Source of the DNA: Schmidtea nova
Taxonomy: Eukaryota
DNA length: 64,000 nt
NCBI GenBank assembly: GCA_044892505.1
Contig: CM097882.1
Location: forward strand, 454,522,001 to 454,586,000
Reading direction: 5' to 3'
The notes beneath the pieces were generated by a model. It worked only from the letters and a program-made list of their open reading frames with translations. It was not told the origin of the DNA and searched no databases. Within the stretch, counting starts at the first letter, position 1. The number at the start of each line of letters is the position of its first letter. This document shows positions 23,950-36,600 of the stretch, piece by piece. Made by a program: the position numbers and the translations under genes.

Positions 23950-25450
23950 TTTTTAGTAGAATATCAAAACAAACATACATTTTCCATGTTCTTGTAATTT
24001 ATATTTCTAATAAGCACAATCTATTTCAGCAATCTATACACGAATAGTAATTTATTTATAACATGAACACTTACAATCACCAACAATCTTTAAATTCCAA
24101 TTTATTGTTTTCAGTGATCGTGAATAATGTTGTTTCAATCTAATTTTTTTACACAAAGCTTGATGTTTCTTAAACGGTTTTTGCGTTCGGAATTTATTTA
24201 AACTATATTTTTATAACTTATGAAATTTGTATATTATGTATTTATGAAGTTTATCGTCTTGTTCCAACAATATCAACTATATTGGTTTGACATGTTTAAT
24301 TTTTGTATGATTTAAATGTTTAAGTCGGGATGTTTCATGCCAACATTATCACCATCTTAATTAAGAATTTCTTATTGGTTTTATTATTAAATGTCAAAAC
24401 ATTAATTTTAGAACATCTTTTCTTTTTATTGGCATGTCCATGTGAGAATATTTAATACTGACATAAATTGAATATAATTGTGAGGTCTTTCTCTGTGTGT
24501 ATTATTGGTAATAATATTATATGTCAATATATCAAGAATTCTATAAATGAAACATAAATTACCTTCACTTGCAATATAAATTATAGCATGTTTATTGATA
24601 TATTCTTATGGAGTTTGTATATAACCATGCCCGGATAATCTAATAATTTTTGTGATTTTAAAAAATTATTTCCAAAATAGGATTATGTTGCCAATTACTA
24701 CCTAATTCCCAATATTATTGGATTTGTTTATAGTGATTTTATTCCTTATTCAAAAAATATATGACTTGGCTGTACCATGCTATTTAAAATTTTGATTGAC
24801 TTTATCTCATCATCCTTTAAAAATTCAACATTTATAATAAATTGAGTTTTTACTTATTTCAATTCTTATATTGCCGCATCTAAGATTTTCAATAATAACA
24901 CAGGTAACCAAATATATTCGATTACCACGTTACACATCAATTTTAATAATTTGATGAGTACGATACAAGTCATATTCAATTATTGGTCATTTGAAGTACC
25001 CGCTCCAAACATGTTAAATGTAACATCATTAAAAGTTTTTTTATTTACTGTAGAGCCATCAAAATTGAAAAAATCGTGAATAGATTGTAGTTGGTTGCTT
25101 CAAATTAATATACAATCTTGATATGAATCATCGTCAATAATTAAAAATTCCTCTACTTTACTTTTCATTATTGTTGGTTTTGAGATTTTTATTTTCTTGT
25201 TTCCTTCTAGTTTTTCCGTTATTGATTGTTTTTTTATTTTCTTTTTATTGTTTGTTTTAGTGGAAATGCGTTTACTTTAGCAAATATATTTTTCTTGCTA
25301 GTATAAAATTATGAGAGGTGTGTTTTGAGTTGATTAGAAAATTGTTTGTATGTAATGTATTGTTTTGTGTGGCATGATGGACAAATATAATTGGTTTATC
25401 CTTAAGTTTAAATATTGTACATGTTCACAACTGTATGACGTTGATTTTTG
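23950..25450 (-). pseudogene. Highly decayed Polinton/Maverick-type protein-primed DNA polymerase, N-terminal region
   Basis: Manual translation gives LSGHGYIQTP*EYINKHAIIYIASEGNLCFIYRILDIL (24640-24530), then MPIKRKDVLK, INVL, FKKHQALC and LEFKD. This follows the order of the Polinton pPolB pattern as recalled (GSSY..LP..K.A.INI.N.D..CF.W, FP+.+KD+.KFE, INVF, H...C, L.FKN). Confidence 0.6.
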
Positions 25451-26491
25451 CCGTAGTTGGTAGAGTTGTAATAATTTGGATATTGCAAACATACTAAATT
25501 ATATTTTGAATTAAATTTATTTTAATGATGATTTTTTGAATTTTATTTTAAAATTTTGATGATTATTTTAATACATCAAGACAAAACTAATTAAAAGCTT
25601 TAATTAATTTAGATAAACATGTAGTNNNNNNNNNNNNNNNNNNNNNNNNNNNNNNNNNNNNNNNNNNNNNNNNNNNNNNNNNNNNNNNNNNNNNNNNNNN
25701 NNNNNNNNNNNNNNNNNNNNNNNNNNNNNNNNNNNNNNNNNNNNNNNNNNNNNNNNNNNNNNNNNNNTTCGCAGTCTACAGATGGAATATATGAAATCAC
25801 TAAACTAAATTAGGATCGCTTTAAAGAAACTGGTTCGATAAACAAATATTTGATTAATTTTTTCAATCTAATAATGTGACTTTGAAGATAATCATATTCA
25901 AAGGACGTAGTAATGAAACAGATTAATACATTTTCAGAATTTAAAATTAAAATCTTTTCACCTGAAGATGACAGAGGAGTAGAGTAGGGGGAGCGCCCAA
26001 GAACAGGAACAGACCCCCCTAAAAAAAATTTTTTCACCCCCCTAAAAATTTTTTTACCCCCCCTAAAAATTTTTTTATTTTTTTATTTTGTTTAAATTAA
26101 GTGAATTTTTTTAATTTAATTTTTTTGTTTAAATGAAGTCAATTTAATTTCATTATTTTNNNNNNNNNNNNNNNNNNNNNNNNNNNNNNNNNNNNNNNNN
26201 NNNNNNNNNNNNNNNNNNNNNNNNNNNNNNNNNNNNNNNNNNNNNNNNNNNNNNNNNNNNNNNNNNNNNNNNNNNNNNNNNNNNNNNNNNNNNNNNNNNN
26301 NNNNNNNNNNNNNNNNNNNNNNNNNNNNNNNNNNNNNNNNNNNNNNNNNNNNNNNNNNNNNNNNNNNNNNNNNNNNNNNNNNNNNNNNNNNNNNNNNNNN
26401 NNNNNNNNNNNNNNNNNNNNNNNNNNNNNNNNNNNNNNNNNNNNNNNNNNNNNNNNNNNNNNNNNNNNNNNNNNNNNNNNNNNNNNNNNNN

Positions 26492-27330
26492 TACAAGATG
26501 TTTGATCTGTTTATTTTGTGAATGATTTTTACTCTGGTTGTTTTGAATAGGAATTTCTACTCCGAGATTTTCTAGAGCAAAAAGGGACTCTGGGGTTTTT
26601 GTACAGGAATTTTTGATCTGGATTTTTGAATACAATATTTTTGTATAAGATTTTTTGTCCTATTATTTTGTATAGGATTTTCAACTCCGAGATTTTCTCG
26701 GGCAAAAAGGGACTCTGGATTTTTGTACAGGGAATTTTTATACATGAATTTTTGGTCTGGTATTTTTGTATAGGATTTTGGTCTGGTTATTTGAATAGGA
26801 TTTTCAACTCCCATATTTTTCTCAGGCAAAAAGGGACTCTGGTAATTTTGAACTGAAATTTTAATGGTAAATAAAAAACACGTGTAAATTTTTTAAACAA
26901 GTAAATTATCATTAAAGTATTTTGTATAGGATTTTCAACTCCCAGATATTTTCTAGGGCAAAAATAGACTCTGATAATTTTGAACTGAAATTTTATTGGT
27001 AAATAAAAAACACGTGTAAATTTTTTAAACTAGTAAAATACATTGAAATTATTTTGAATATGATTTTTAATTCCCACAATTTTCTAGGGCAAAAAGAGAC
27101 TCTGGGTTTTTTGTACAGGGAATTTTTGAATAGTATTTTTGATCTGGATTTTTGAATACAATATTTTGGTCTGATATTTTGTAGTGTTTTTAGTCTGGTT
27201 ATTTTGTATAGGATTTTCTACTTCGAGATTTTTCTCGGGCAAAAAGGGACTCTGGTAATTTGGAATATGATTTTTGATCTTGATTTTGTATAGGATTTTT
27301 AGTCTGGTAATTTTGAAAATAATATTTTGG
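26492..27330. repeat. Irregular 55-120 bp tandem units in the left arm, mirrored at about 35440-36267
   Basis: Recurrent GGCAAAAAGGGACTCTGG and GTATAGGATTTTC motifs. Confidence 0.9.
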
Positions 27331-27339
27331 TCGGGGAAA

Positions 27340-28660
27340 ATTGAAAAAATTAAAAAGTGGTCAGAATTCAATAATTTTTATATCAATCTACTGAGAATTG
27401 AAAAGCGAACAATAAAGGTCAAAAAATTAAAATCATGAAAAATTGATCTTTTCCGACCCAATTTTTACATGTAAAAAGGGTCAACTCGGGGAATTTCCAA
27501 AAATCAAAAATGCTCAGAATCAAATAATTTTTATACCAATCTACTGAGAACTGAAAGACAAACAATATTGGTCAAAAATTTAAAAACATGAAAAATTGAT
27601 ATTTTCCGACTCAATTTTTACACGTAAAGGTCAACTCGGGGAATTTCCAAAAAATCAAAAATGCTCAGAATCAAATAATTTTTATACCAATCTACTGAGA
27701 ATCGAATGGCGAACAAAAAAGGTTCAAAAAGTAAAAACATGAAAATTTTGATTTATCCGACTCAATTTTTACACGTAAAAAGGGTCAACTCGTGTATATT
27801 CTAAAAATCAAAAATGTTCAGAATCAAATAATTTTTATACCAATCTACTGAGAATCGAATGGCGAACAAAAAAGGGTCAAAAATTAAAAACATGAAATTT
27901 TGACTTTTCCGACTCAATTTTTACACGTAAAAAGCGTCAACTCGTGTAAATTCTAAAAATCAAAAATGTTCAGAATCAAATAATTTTTATACCAATCTAC
28001 TGAGAATCGATTGGCGAACAAAATAGGGTCAAAAAGTAAAAACATGAAAATTTTGATTTATCCGACCCAATTTTTTCACGTAAAAAGCGTCAACTCGTGT
28101 AAATTCTAAAAATCAAAAATGTTCAGAATCAAATAATTTTATACCAATCTACTGAGAATCGAATGGCGAACAAATAAGGTTCAAAAAGTAAAAACATGAA
28201 AATTTTGATTTATCCGACCCAATTTTTACACGTAAAAAGGGTCAACTCGTGTAAATTCTAAAAATCAAAAATGTTCAGAATCAAATAATTTTTATACCAA
28301 TCTACTGAGAATCGAATGGCGAACAAAAAAGGGTCAAAAATTAAAAACATGAAATTTTGACTTTTCCGACTCAATTTTTACACGTAAAAAGCGTCAACTC
28401 GTGTAAATTCTAAAAATCAAAAATGTTCAGAATCAAATAATTTTTATACCAATCTACTGAGAATCGATTGGCGAACAAAATAGGGTCAAAAAGTAAAAAC
28501 ATGAAAATTTTGACTTATCCGACCCAATTTTTTGACGTAAAAATGGTCAACTCGGGGAAATTCCAAAAATTAAAAAGTTGTCAGAATTCAATAATTTTTA
28601 TACCAATCTACTGAGAATTGAAAAGCATACAATAAAGGTCAAAAAATTAAAATCATGAAA
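27340..28660. repeat. 152-153 bp tandem array in the left arm, with a 3-unit higher-order repeat
   Basis: ACTGAGAA anchors at 27390, 27543, 27694, 27847, 27999, 28151, 28304, 28456 and 28610; only two anchors in the right arm (35150-35410). Confidence 0.95.
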
Positions 28661-29559
28661 AAATCAAAATTTTATACGGGAAATTACAGTCTCAGTAAAA
28701 AAGGGTAAAATACATAAAAACGTGGAAATATTTAAAATAAAAATTTTTAAACTAAATAATTAAATCTAAATAAATTTATGATAATTAAATAAAAAAGTAA
28801 ATAAATTCTATACGAATTTCAAAACTCAGTAAATAATTCACTCATTATTTTGTATTAAATTTATCAAGTAAAATGTTACATTAAATAAAAGCATGGAAAT
28901 AATAAGTAAATTAAAGTTAGAATTTAAAAATAATTTGTACTGGATTTATGAAAAATGGCAAAGTAAATAAATTAAAGATAGAATTTTAAAAATAATTATG
29001 AATTTAGTGATAAATAGAATTATAAGTAAATTAAGAATAAAAAAGTAAATTAAGAAAGACGTGAGTTTTAATGTCATAATTTTAAAATGAATTGGTTTTA
29101 AAGGAACTTTTTAAGGTAATATTTGAAAATGTGAGAATAATTAATTATTTTTGAAATTTTTTAAAGTAAAACCTTTTAACAATAAAGTCAGTGTAGAATT
29201 TTTTATCAATAAAATCAATGTAAAATTTATCAATTAATAAATACAAAGTAAATATTTTTTCGCAAGTAAATATTTTTCACAAGTAAAATTTTTAACTAAT
29301 AAATACAAATCTAATTGTTTTTCAATATGATGTTTTTTAAGGAAATGATCAAATAACAACAAATAAATGTAGTAAATAAAACACATGTAAATATTGAATT
29401 TATTTAGAATAAAAATAGTTATTAAACAAGAGTTGTTACAATTTTGTATACTAAGTTAAAAAATATCGATTAATGACATAAATTTTTAAAAATAAACGTA
29501 ATAATTGAAAATATTGGAACAAGTAAATAATAATAATAATAATAATAATAAGTAACGTC

Positions 29560-30180
29560 TATCAATCAATCTAAGTACCAACAATAAACCGATCAACTAA
29601 CTAATAATCTCATTACACACACAAATAAACCACTGACTAGTAACTGATCAAATGCCAACTGACTCTATTCACAAATCAACAATCAACTAGTTACTTACAA
29701 GTTACCAACTAACTCTTCACATTAACCAAGTAACTAACTAACTATACATACTAACCAGCAACCACTTCCTTACGAACCAACTAGTTCTATACATTAACCA
29801 ACTAACTTTATTCACAAATCACCAACCAACTAACTAACTAACTAACCAGCAACCAATACCTTACTAACCAACTAGTTCTATACATTGACCAACTAACTAT
29901 TTTCACAAATCACCAACCAACTAACTAACTAACTAACTAACCAGCAACCACTTCCTTACTAACCAACTAGTTCTATACATCAACCAACTAACTCTTCACA
30001 TTAACCAAGTAACTAACTAACTATACATACTAACCAGTAACCAATACCTTACTAACCAACAATACATCACCCAACCAACTACACTAACCAACTAACTAGC
30101 TACACATACTAATCTCTTTCTAACCAACTAGTTCTATACATCAACCAACTAACTCTTCACATGAACCAAGTAACTATATA
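29560..30180. repeat. AACCAACTAACT-rich low-complexity tract, mirrored as AGTTAGTTGGTT at about 33665-34270
   Basis: Strong strand asymmetry (A/C-rich versus G/T-rich) with imperfect internal duplications. Confidence 0.9.
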
Positions 30181-30482
30181 TTCGAATATATATATCAAAT
30201 TCCGAATTAATTATTGTTGCCGGGAAAATATTAAAGAAAATTAATTTGTATTTGAATTGTAAACGTATAATCAATTAATAAAACAAAATCAATTTAGAAT
30301 AATTATGATAATAAAATTAATTATTTTTATTTTAATAAAAAACTAATCGATTTTAAATATTTGGTAATAAATATAACACAAAAAATAATTGTTATTAAAA
30401 ATTAAAATTAACCAAAACAAAAAATAAAATAAAATAAAATAAAATAAAATAAAATGAAAAGATAAGATTTGATAAATAAATT

Positions 30483-30940
30483 TTATTCACATATATTTGT
30501 TTCTATAATTTTCCAAACAGGTTTGACAACATCATTAGATTCTTTGAAGTATTGAATCAGTATCTTAATTTGATATATTGAATTTTCATCGGGATTTTTC
30601 AAATTACAATCTTTAATGCAATTCATATACGTAAAAGTTTCATTAAATTGTATTTCTTTGATTGCTAACAAAATTTCTGAAATATTTCGTCTATCAATAT
30701 CTCCAATTTTCCCCACTTGAAGATGATACATGCATTGTTTCAATGTAACAGGTTCCTATAAAATAATTATTAGAAATTTATTTAAAATAAATAAATATAT
30801 ACTTTAAATGAATAAATGATTGGAAATTTTAAATATTCCATCGAGTATTGTAGAAATTGAACTGCAGGATTCCTAACCAAATTTGATGCCGAAATAGAAT
30901 TTTCTTCAAGAATAATTTTCATTACTTCTTGTTTCAACAT
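30483..30940 (-). CDS. Two-exon orphan gene (about 136 aa) inside the foldback element
   Basis: Exon 30940-30803 (MLKQEVMK...IIYSFK), 47-nt intron 30802-30756 (GTATAT...TTTTTATAG), exon 30755-30483 (EPVTLKQCMYH...ETNICE*). Splicing joins two open frames in phase 0. Confidence 0.6.
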
Positions 30941-31529
30941 CTTTTTGTTCGAAGATTCTAGAATAAAATATTAAAAATAATCATTTAAAATTATTTAAAC
31001 TTATTTTTAAGTTGATACATTTTTAATGAAATCTGTAATTTTTAATCAATTTATATATATGTTTTCATAATTAAAATTGACCAATCAGATTTCGTTTAAC
31101 ATTTTTATTAATTTTTATTTATTGATATTTTTGTGTGCAGATACACACTTTATTTTAATATGATAATTAATTAATTATTTATGCAAAATCATTTAATAGA
31201 CAGATTATATCAAAAATATTGTAATGCATCGAATTATGATAAAAACTGTCACAATTCAATGAAAAGTTACTATACCCAAACAGGTAACTGCATCACATAC
31301 ATAATTTGCCCTTTGTGAATAAATTGACTAGTTTTTCTTATTATATCAACTTTTATAAATTTCATAAAGAACATTCGAAACAGATTTAATGTTACAAAAT
31401 TATTACGTGGTAATAATAAAAATTATTAATATTAATAATTCACTGAAAATATTTAAAATGAAAATCAATAAATATTTTGGTAAAATTCATTATTAACAAT
31501 TATATTCAGTATCAGAACTTTTCTAATAT

Positions 31530-32392
31530 AACCTTAGTATCAGAACCTTTCTAGCAGAACCTCTGGTAGCAGAACCTCTTTTGCGATGGTTTTTACCTTT
31601 AAAAGATTCATATTGTATATTCACTTATATACTATTATTGATACTTTTTCATTAAATTTATCACGTAGCAGAACCTTTCTAGCAGAACCTTTGGAAGCAG
31701 AACCTCTTTTGTGATGGTTTTTACCTGTAAAAGATTCATATTGTATATTCACTTATATACTATTATTGATACTTTTTCATTAAATTTATCACGTAGCAGA
31801 ACCTTTCTAGCAGAACCTTTGGTAGCAGAACCTCTTTTGTGATGGTTTTTACCTGTAAAAGATTCATATTGTATATTCACTTATATACTATTATTGATAC
31901 TTTTTCATTAAATTTATCACGTAGCAGAACCTTTCTAGCAGAACCTTTCTAGCAGAACCTTTGGTAGCAGAACCTCTTTTGTGATGGTTTTTACCTGTAA
32001 AAGATTCATATTGTATATTCACTTATATACCATTATCGATACATTTTCATTAAATTTATCACGTAGCAGAACCTTTCTAACAGAACCTTTGGTAGCAGAA
32101 CCTCTTTTGTGATGGTTTTTACCTGTAAAAGATTCATATTGTATATTCACTTATATACTATTATTGATACTTTTTCATTAAATTTATCACGTAGCAGAAC
32201 CTTTCTAGCAGAACCTTTGGTAGCAGAACCTCTTTTGTGATGGTTTTTACCTGTAAAAGATTCATATTGTATATTCACTTATATACCCTTATCGATACAT
32301 TTTCATTAAATTTATCACGTAGCAGAACCTTTCTAACAGAACCTTTGGTAGCAGAACCTCTTTTGTGATGGTTTTTACCTGTAAAAGATTCA
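31530..32392. repeat. 128-bp minisatellite, about 6.5 copies, with internal 14-bp GCAGAACCTTTCTA subrepeats
   Basis: TTTATCAC anchors end at 31664, 31792, 31920, 32062, 32190 and 32318 (spacing 128, 128, 142, 128, 128). Confidence 0.95.
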
Positions 32393-32724
32393 AATTATAT
32401 TTTCATGATTGCAGTTTATGTGAAACCCGATAAAATACACATGTTTGAACCAATGGAATTTTATTATCCATCGCTATTGATGAAAAACATATCGTCAATG
32501 TTGATGTGAATTGGAAATAATAGAATCTGATACTAGAATCCAATAACAAAAACACATGGTAGTACTGTTTAGCATGGTTAATAAAAATGTTTAATAAATA
32601 AATATTTGTATTGAAATTTTGAATTAATTTTTATTATTTTTAGAATTAATTGAATATTTATTTATTTAAATAAACTATTAAATAAAAATGGCAATTTATT
32701 CATATAAATAAGAGAACACCATTT

Positions 32725-32785
32725 TTTAAAATATATTAATGCAATATATTTCGACAGCTTAGCTGTCATCATCAGGCTTTTCACA
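32725..32785 (-). ncRNA. Candidate minimal type I hammerhead ribozyme downstream of the Penelope-like ORF
   Basis: Minus strand reads AAAAGC-CTGATGA-T-GACAGC(TAA)GCTGTC-GAAA-TATA-TT-GCATT: canonical core, 6-bp stem II, palindromic minimal stem III, imperfect stem I. Confidence 0.55.
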
Positions 32786-32884
32786 ATCTCAATAAAATAA
32801 AAATTGATCTTAATTATACGCTTAATAGTGATTACATAATTACATGTGCATAATCCAATAAAACTTTTATTTACCCTAATAAAA

Positions 32885-33685
32885 TTAATTAAACACTCTC
32901 AAAATGCATGTAGATATTGCGTTTTGTATATTTATTTTAGGATTAAATGATTTTATCATCAAAGCCTCACAATTCACACGTTCATAATAATTTTTAAATC
33001 CCCTAGAAAGTATTTTGAAATTAGAAATATCAATGCTCTTCTTGCAAGTCTTATTATGCTCAATAATGTTACTCTTTCCGCTCTTTCTGGCATGTTCTTG
33101 AACTCGTGTACAGAGATGACGGGCAGTCTCTCCAATGTATGTGGTATTACAACCATTACAAGTAAAACGATATACGAGATCAGAACACAGACCAAATGGC
33201 GTCACAGATTTATTACTGAACATGTCACGAACTTTGCAAGACTTAGAAATTATTTTAACATTAGTATTTCCAATATACTTTATAATAGATTTTTTAAAAT
33301 TTACAAATCCCTCAGAAAACGGTAAAACTATAACAGAACCAATGCAATCATTCAAGTTACTTTTATTTATTTCATTATTATTATTGCAATCAACACCATC
33401 ATTCATTCCCATAACAACATCACCTGTTTCAATCAAAGGAGCACTATCAGATGTATTAAACGGATCAACGCCAGGAGAAATCTTTTCATCAATCACATTC
33501 AACTTATTAATACACTTATCAACAGTTTCACTCACCATTCGTTGCAAGAAACATTTTGAATATCCATTATTCTGTAGTAATTTAATTAATTTATCAATAC
33601 TATTTATAGATTTACAATAAGTTGACGGCAATGTCCAAGAACGATGAACCAATCCCCTTATCATTGGTTGGTTGGTACAAGAATA
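32885..33685 (-). mobile_element. 5'-truncated Penelope-like retroelement (RT thumb/linker plus GIY-YIG endonuclease)
   Basis: 259-codon ORF with LVHRSW..NGYS and LVYRFTCNGCNTTYIGETARHLCTRVQEH...EALMIKSFNPKIN, typical of the Penelope-like element (PLE) C-terminus. Confidence 0.9.
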
Positions 33686-36600
33686 ATGAATAGAACTAGT
33701 TGGTCAGAAAGAGATTAGTATGTATAGCTAGTTAGTTGGTTAGTGTAGTTGGTTGGGTGATGTATTGTTGGTTAGTAAGGTATTGGTTACTGGTTAGTAT
33801 GTATAGTTAGTTAGTTACTTGGTTAATGTGAAGAGTTAGTTGGTTGATGTATAGAACTAGTTGGTTAGTAAGGAAGTGGTTGCTGGTTAGTTAGTTAGTT
33901 AGTTAGTTGGTTGGTGATTTGTGAATAAAGTTAGTTGGTCAATGTATAGAACTAGTTGGTTAGTAAGGTATTGGTTGCTGGTTAGTTAGTTAGTTAGTTG
34001 GTTGGTGATTTGTGAATAAAGTTAGTTGGTTAATGTATAGAACTAGTTGGTTCGTAAGGAAGTGGTTGCTGGTTAGTATGTATAGTTAGTTAGTTACTTG
34101 GTTAATGTGAAGAGTTACTTGGTAACTTGTAAGTAACTAGTTGATTGTTGATTTGTGAATAGAGTCAGTTGGCATTTGATCAGTTACTAGTCAGTGGTTT
34201 ATTTGTGTGTGTAATGAGATTATTAGTTAGTTGATCGGTTTATTGTTGGTACTTAGATTGATTGATAGACGTTACTTATTATTATTATTATTATTATTTA
34301 CTTGTTCCAATATTTTCAATTATTACGTTTATTTTTAAAAATTTATGTCATTAATCGATATTTTTTAACTTAGTATACAAAATTGTAACAACTCTTGTTT
34401 AATAACTATTTTTATTCTAAATAAATTCAATATTTACATGTGTTTTATTTACTACATTTATTTGTTGTTATTTGATCATTTCCTTAAAAAACATCATATT
34501 GAAAAACAATTAGATTTGTATTTATTAGTTAAAAATTTTACTTGTGAAAAATATTTACTTGCGAAAAAATATTTACTTTGTATTTATTAATTGATAAATT
34601 TTACATTGATTTTATTGATAAAAAATTCTACATTGACTTTATTGTTAAAAAGTTTTACTTTAAAAAATTTCAAAAATAATTAATTATTCTCACATTTTCA
34701 AATATTACCTTAAAAAGTTCCTTTAAAACCAATTCATTTTAAAATTATGACATTAAAACTCACGTCTTTTTTAATTTACTTTTTTATTCTTAATTTACTT
34801 ATAATTCTATTTATCACTAAATTCATAATTATTTTTAAAATTCTATCTTTAATTTATTTACTTTGCCATTTTTCATAAATCCAGTACAAATTATTTTTAA
34901 ATTCTAACTTTAATTTACTTATTATTTCCATGCTTTTATTTAATGTATCATTTTACTTGATAAATTCAATACAAAATAATGAGTGAATTATTTACTGAGT
35001 TTTGAAATTCGTATAGAATTTATTTACTTTTTTATTTAATTATCATAAATTTATTTAGATTTAATTATTTAGTTTAAAAATTTTTATTTTAAATATTTCC
35101 ACGTTTTTATGTACTTTACCCTTTTTTACTGAGACTGTAATTTCCCGTATAAAATTTTGATTTTTTCATGATTTCAATATTTTGACCTTTATTGTATGCT
35201 TTTCAATTCTCAGTAGATTGGTATAAAAATTATTGAATTCTGACAACTTTTTAATTTTTGGAATTTCCCCGAGTTGACCCTTTTTACATGTAAAAATTGG
35301 GTCGGAAAAGATCAATTTTTCATGATTTTAATTTTTTGACCTTTATTGTTCGCTTTTCAATTCTCAGTAGATTGATATAAAAATTATTGAATTCTGACCA
35401 CTTTTTAATTTTTTCAATTTTCCCCGACCAAAATATTATTTTCAAAAATACCAGACTAAAAATCCTATACAAAATCAAGATCAAAAATCATATTCCAAAT
35501 TACCAGAGTCCCTTTTTGCCCGAGAAAAATCTCGGAGTAGAAAATCCTATACAAAATAACCAGACTAAAAACACTACAAAATATCAGACCAAAATATTGT
35601 ATTCAAAAATCCAGATCAAAAATACTATTCAAAAATTCCCTGTACAAAAAACCCAGAGTCTCTTTTTGCCCTAGAAAATTGTGGGAATTAAAAATCATAT
35701 TCAAAATAATTTCAATGTATTTTACTAGTTTAAAAAATTTACACGTGTTTTTTATTTACCAATAAAATTTCAGTTCAAAATTATCAGAGTCTGTTTTTGC
35801 CCTAGAAAATATCTGGGAGTTGAAAATCCTATACAAAATACTTTAATGATAATTTACTTGTTTAAAAAATTTACACGTGTTTTTTATTTACCATTAAAAT
35901 TTCAGTTCAAAATTACCAGAGTCCCTTTTTGCCTGAGAAAAATATGGGAGTTGAAAATTCTATTCAAATAACCAGACCAAAATCCTATACAAAAATACCA
36001 GACCAAAAATTCATGTATAAAAATTCCCTGTACAAAAAATCCAGAGTCCCTTTTTGCCCGAGAAAATCTCGGAGTTGAAAATCCTATACAAAATAATAGG
36101 ACTAAAAATCTTATACAAAAATATTGTATTCAAAAATCCAGATCAAAAATTCCTGTACAAAAACCCCAGAGTCCCTTTTTGCTCTAGAAAATCTCGGAGT
36201 AGAAATTCCTATTCAAAACAACCAGAGTAAAAATCATTCACAAAATAAACAGATCAAACATCTTGTANNNNNNNNNNNNNNNNNNNNNNNNNNNNNNNNN
36301 NNNNNNNNNNNNNNNNNNNNNNNNNNNNNNNNNNNNNNNNNNNNNNNNNNNNNNNNNNNNNNNNNNNNNNNNNNNNNNNNNNNNNNNNNNNNNNNNNNNN
36401 NNNNNNNNNNNNNNNNNNNNNNNNNNNNNNNNNNNNNNNNNNNNNNNNNNNNNNNNNNNNNNNNNNNNNNNNNNNNNNNNNNNNNNNNNNNNNNNNNNNN
36501 NNNNNNNNNNNNNNNNNNNNNNNNNNNNNNNNNNNNNNNNNNNNNNNNNNNNNNNNNNNNNNNNNNNNNNNNNNNNNNNNNNNNAAAATAATAAAATTAA

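Noticed and set aside
31560-32380. Histone H4 tail-like peptide (RKVLLRD) in one frame of the 128-bp unit
   Set aside because: It arises from 14-bp subrepeats, the unit length is not a multiple of 3, and no histone fold follows.
31530-32392. CRISPR-like repeat/spacer appearance of the 128-bp array
   Set aside because: The inter-repeat segments are themselves near-identical, there are no unique spacers or cas genes, and the context is eukaryotic.
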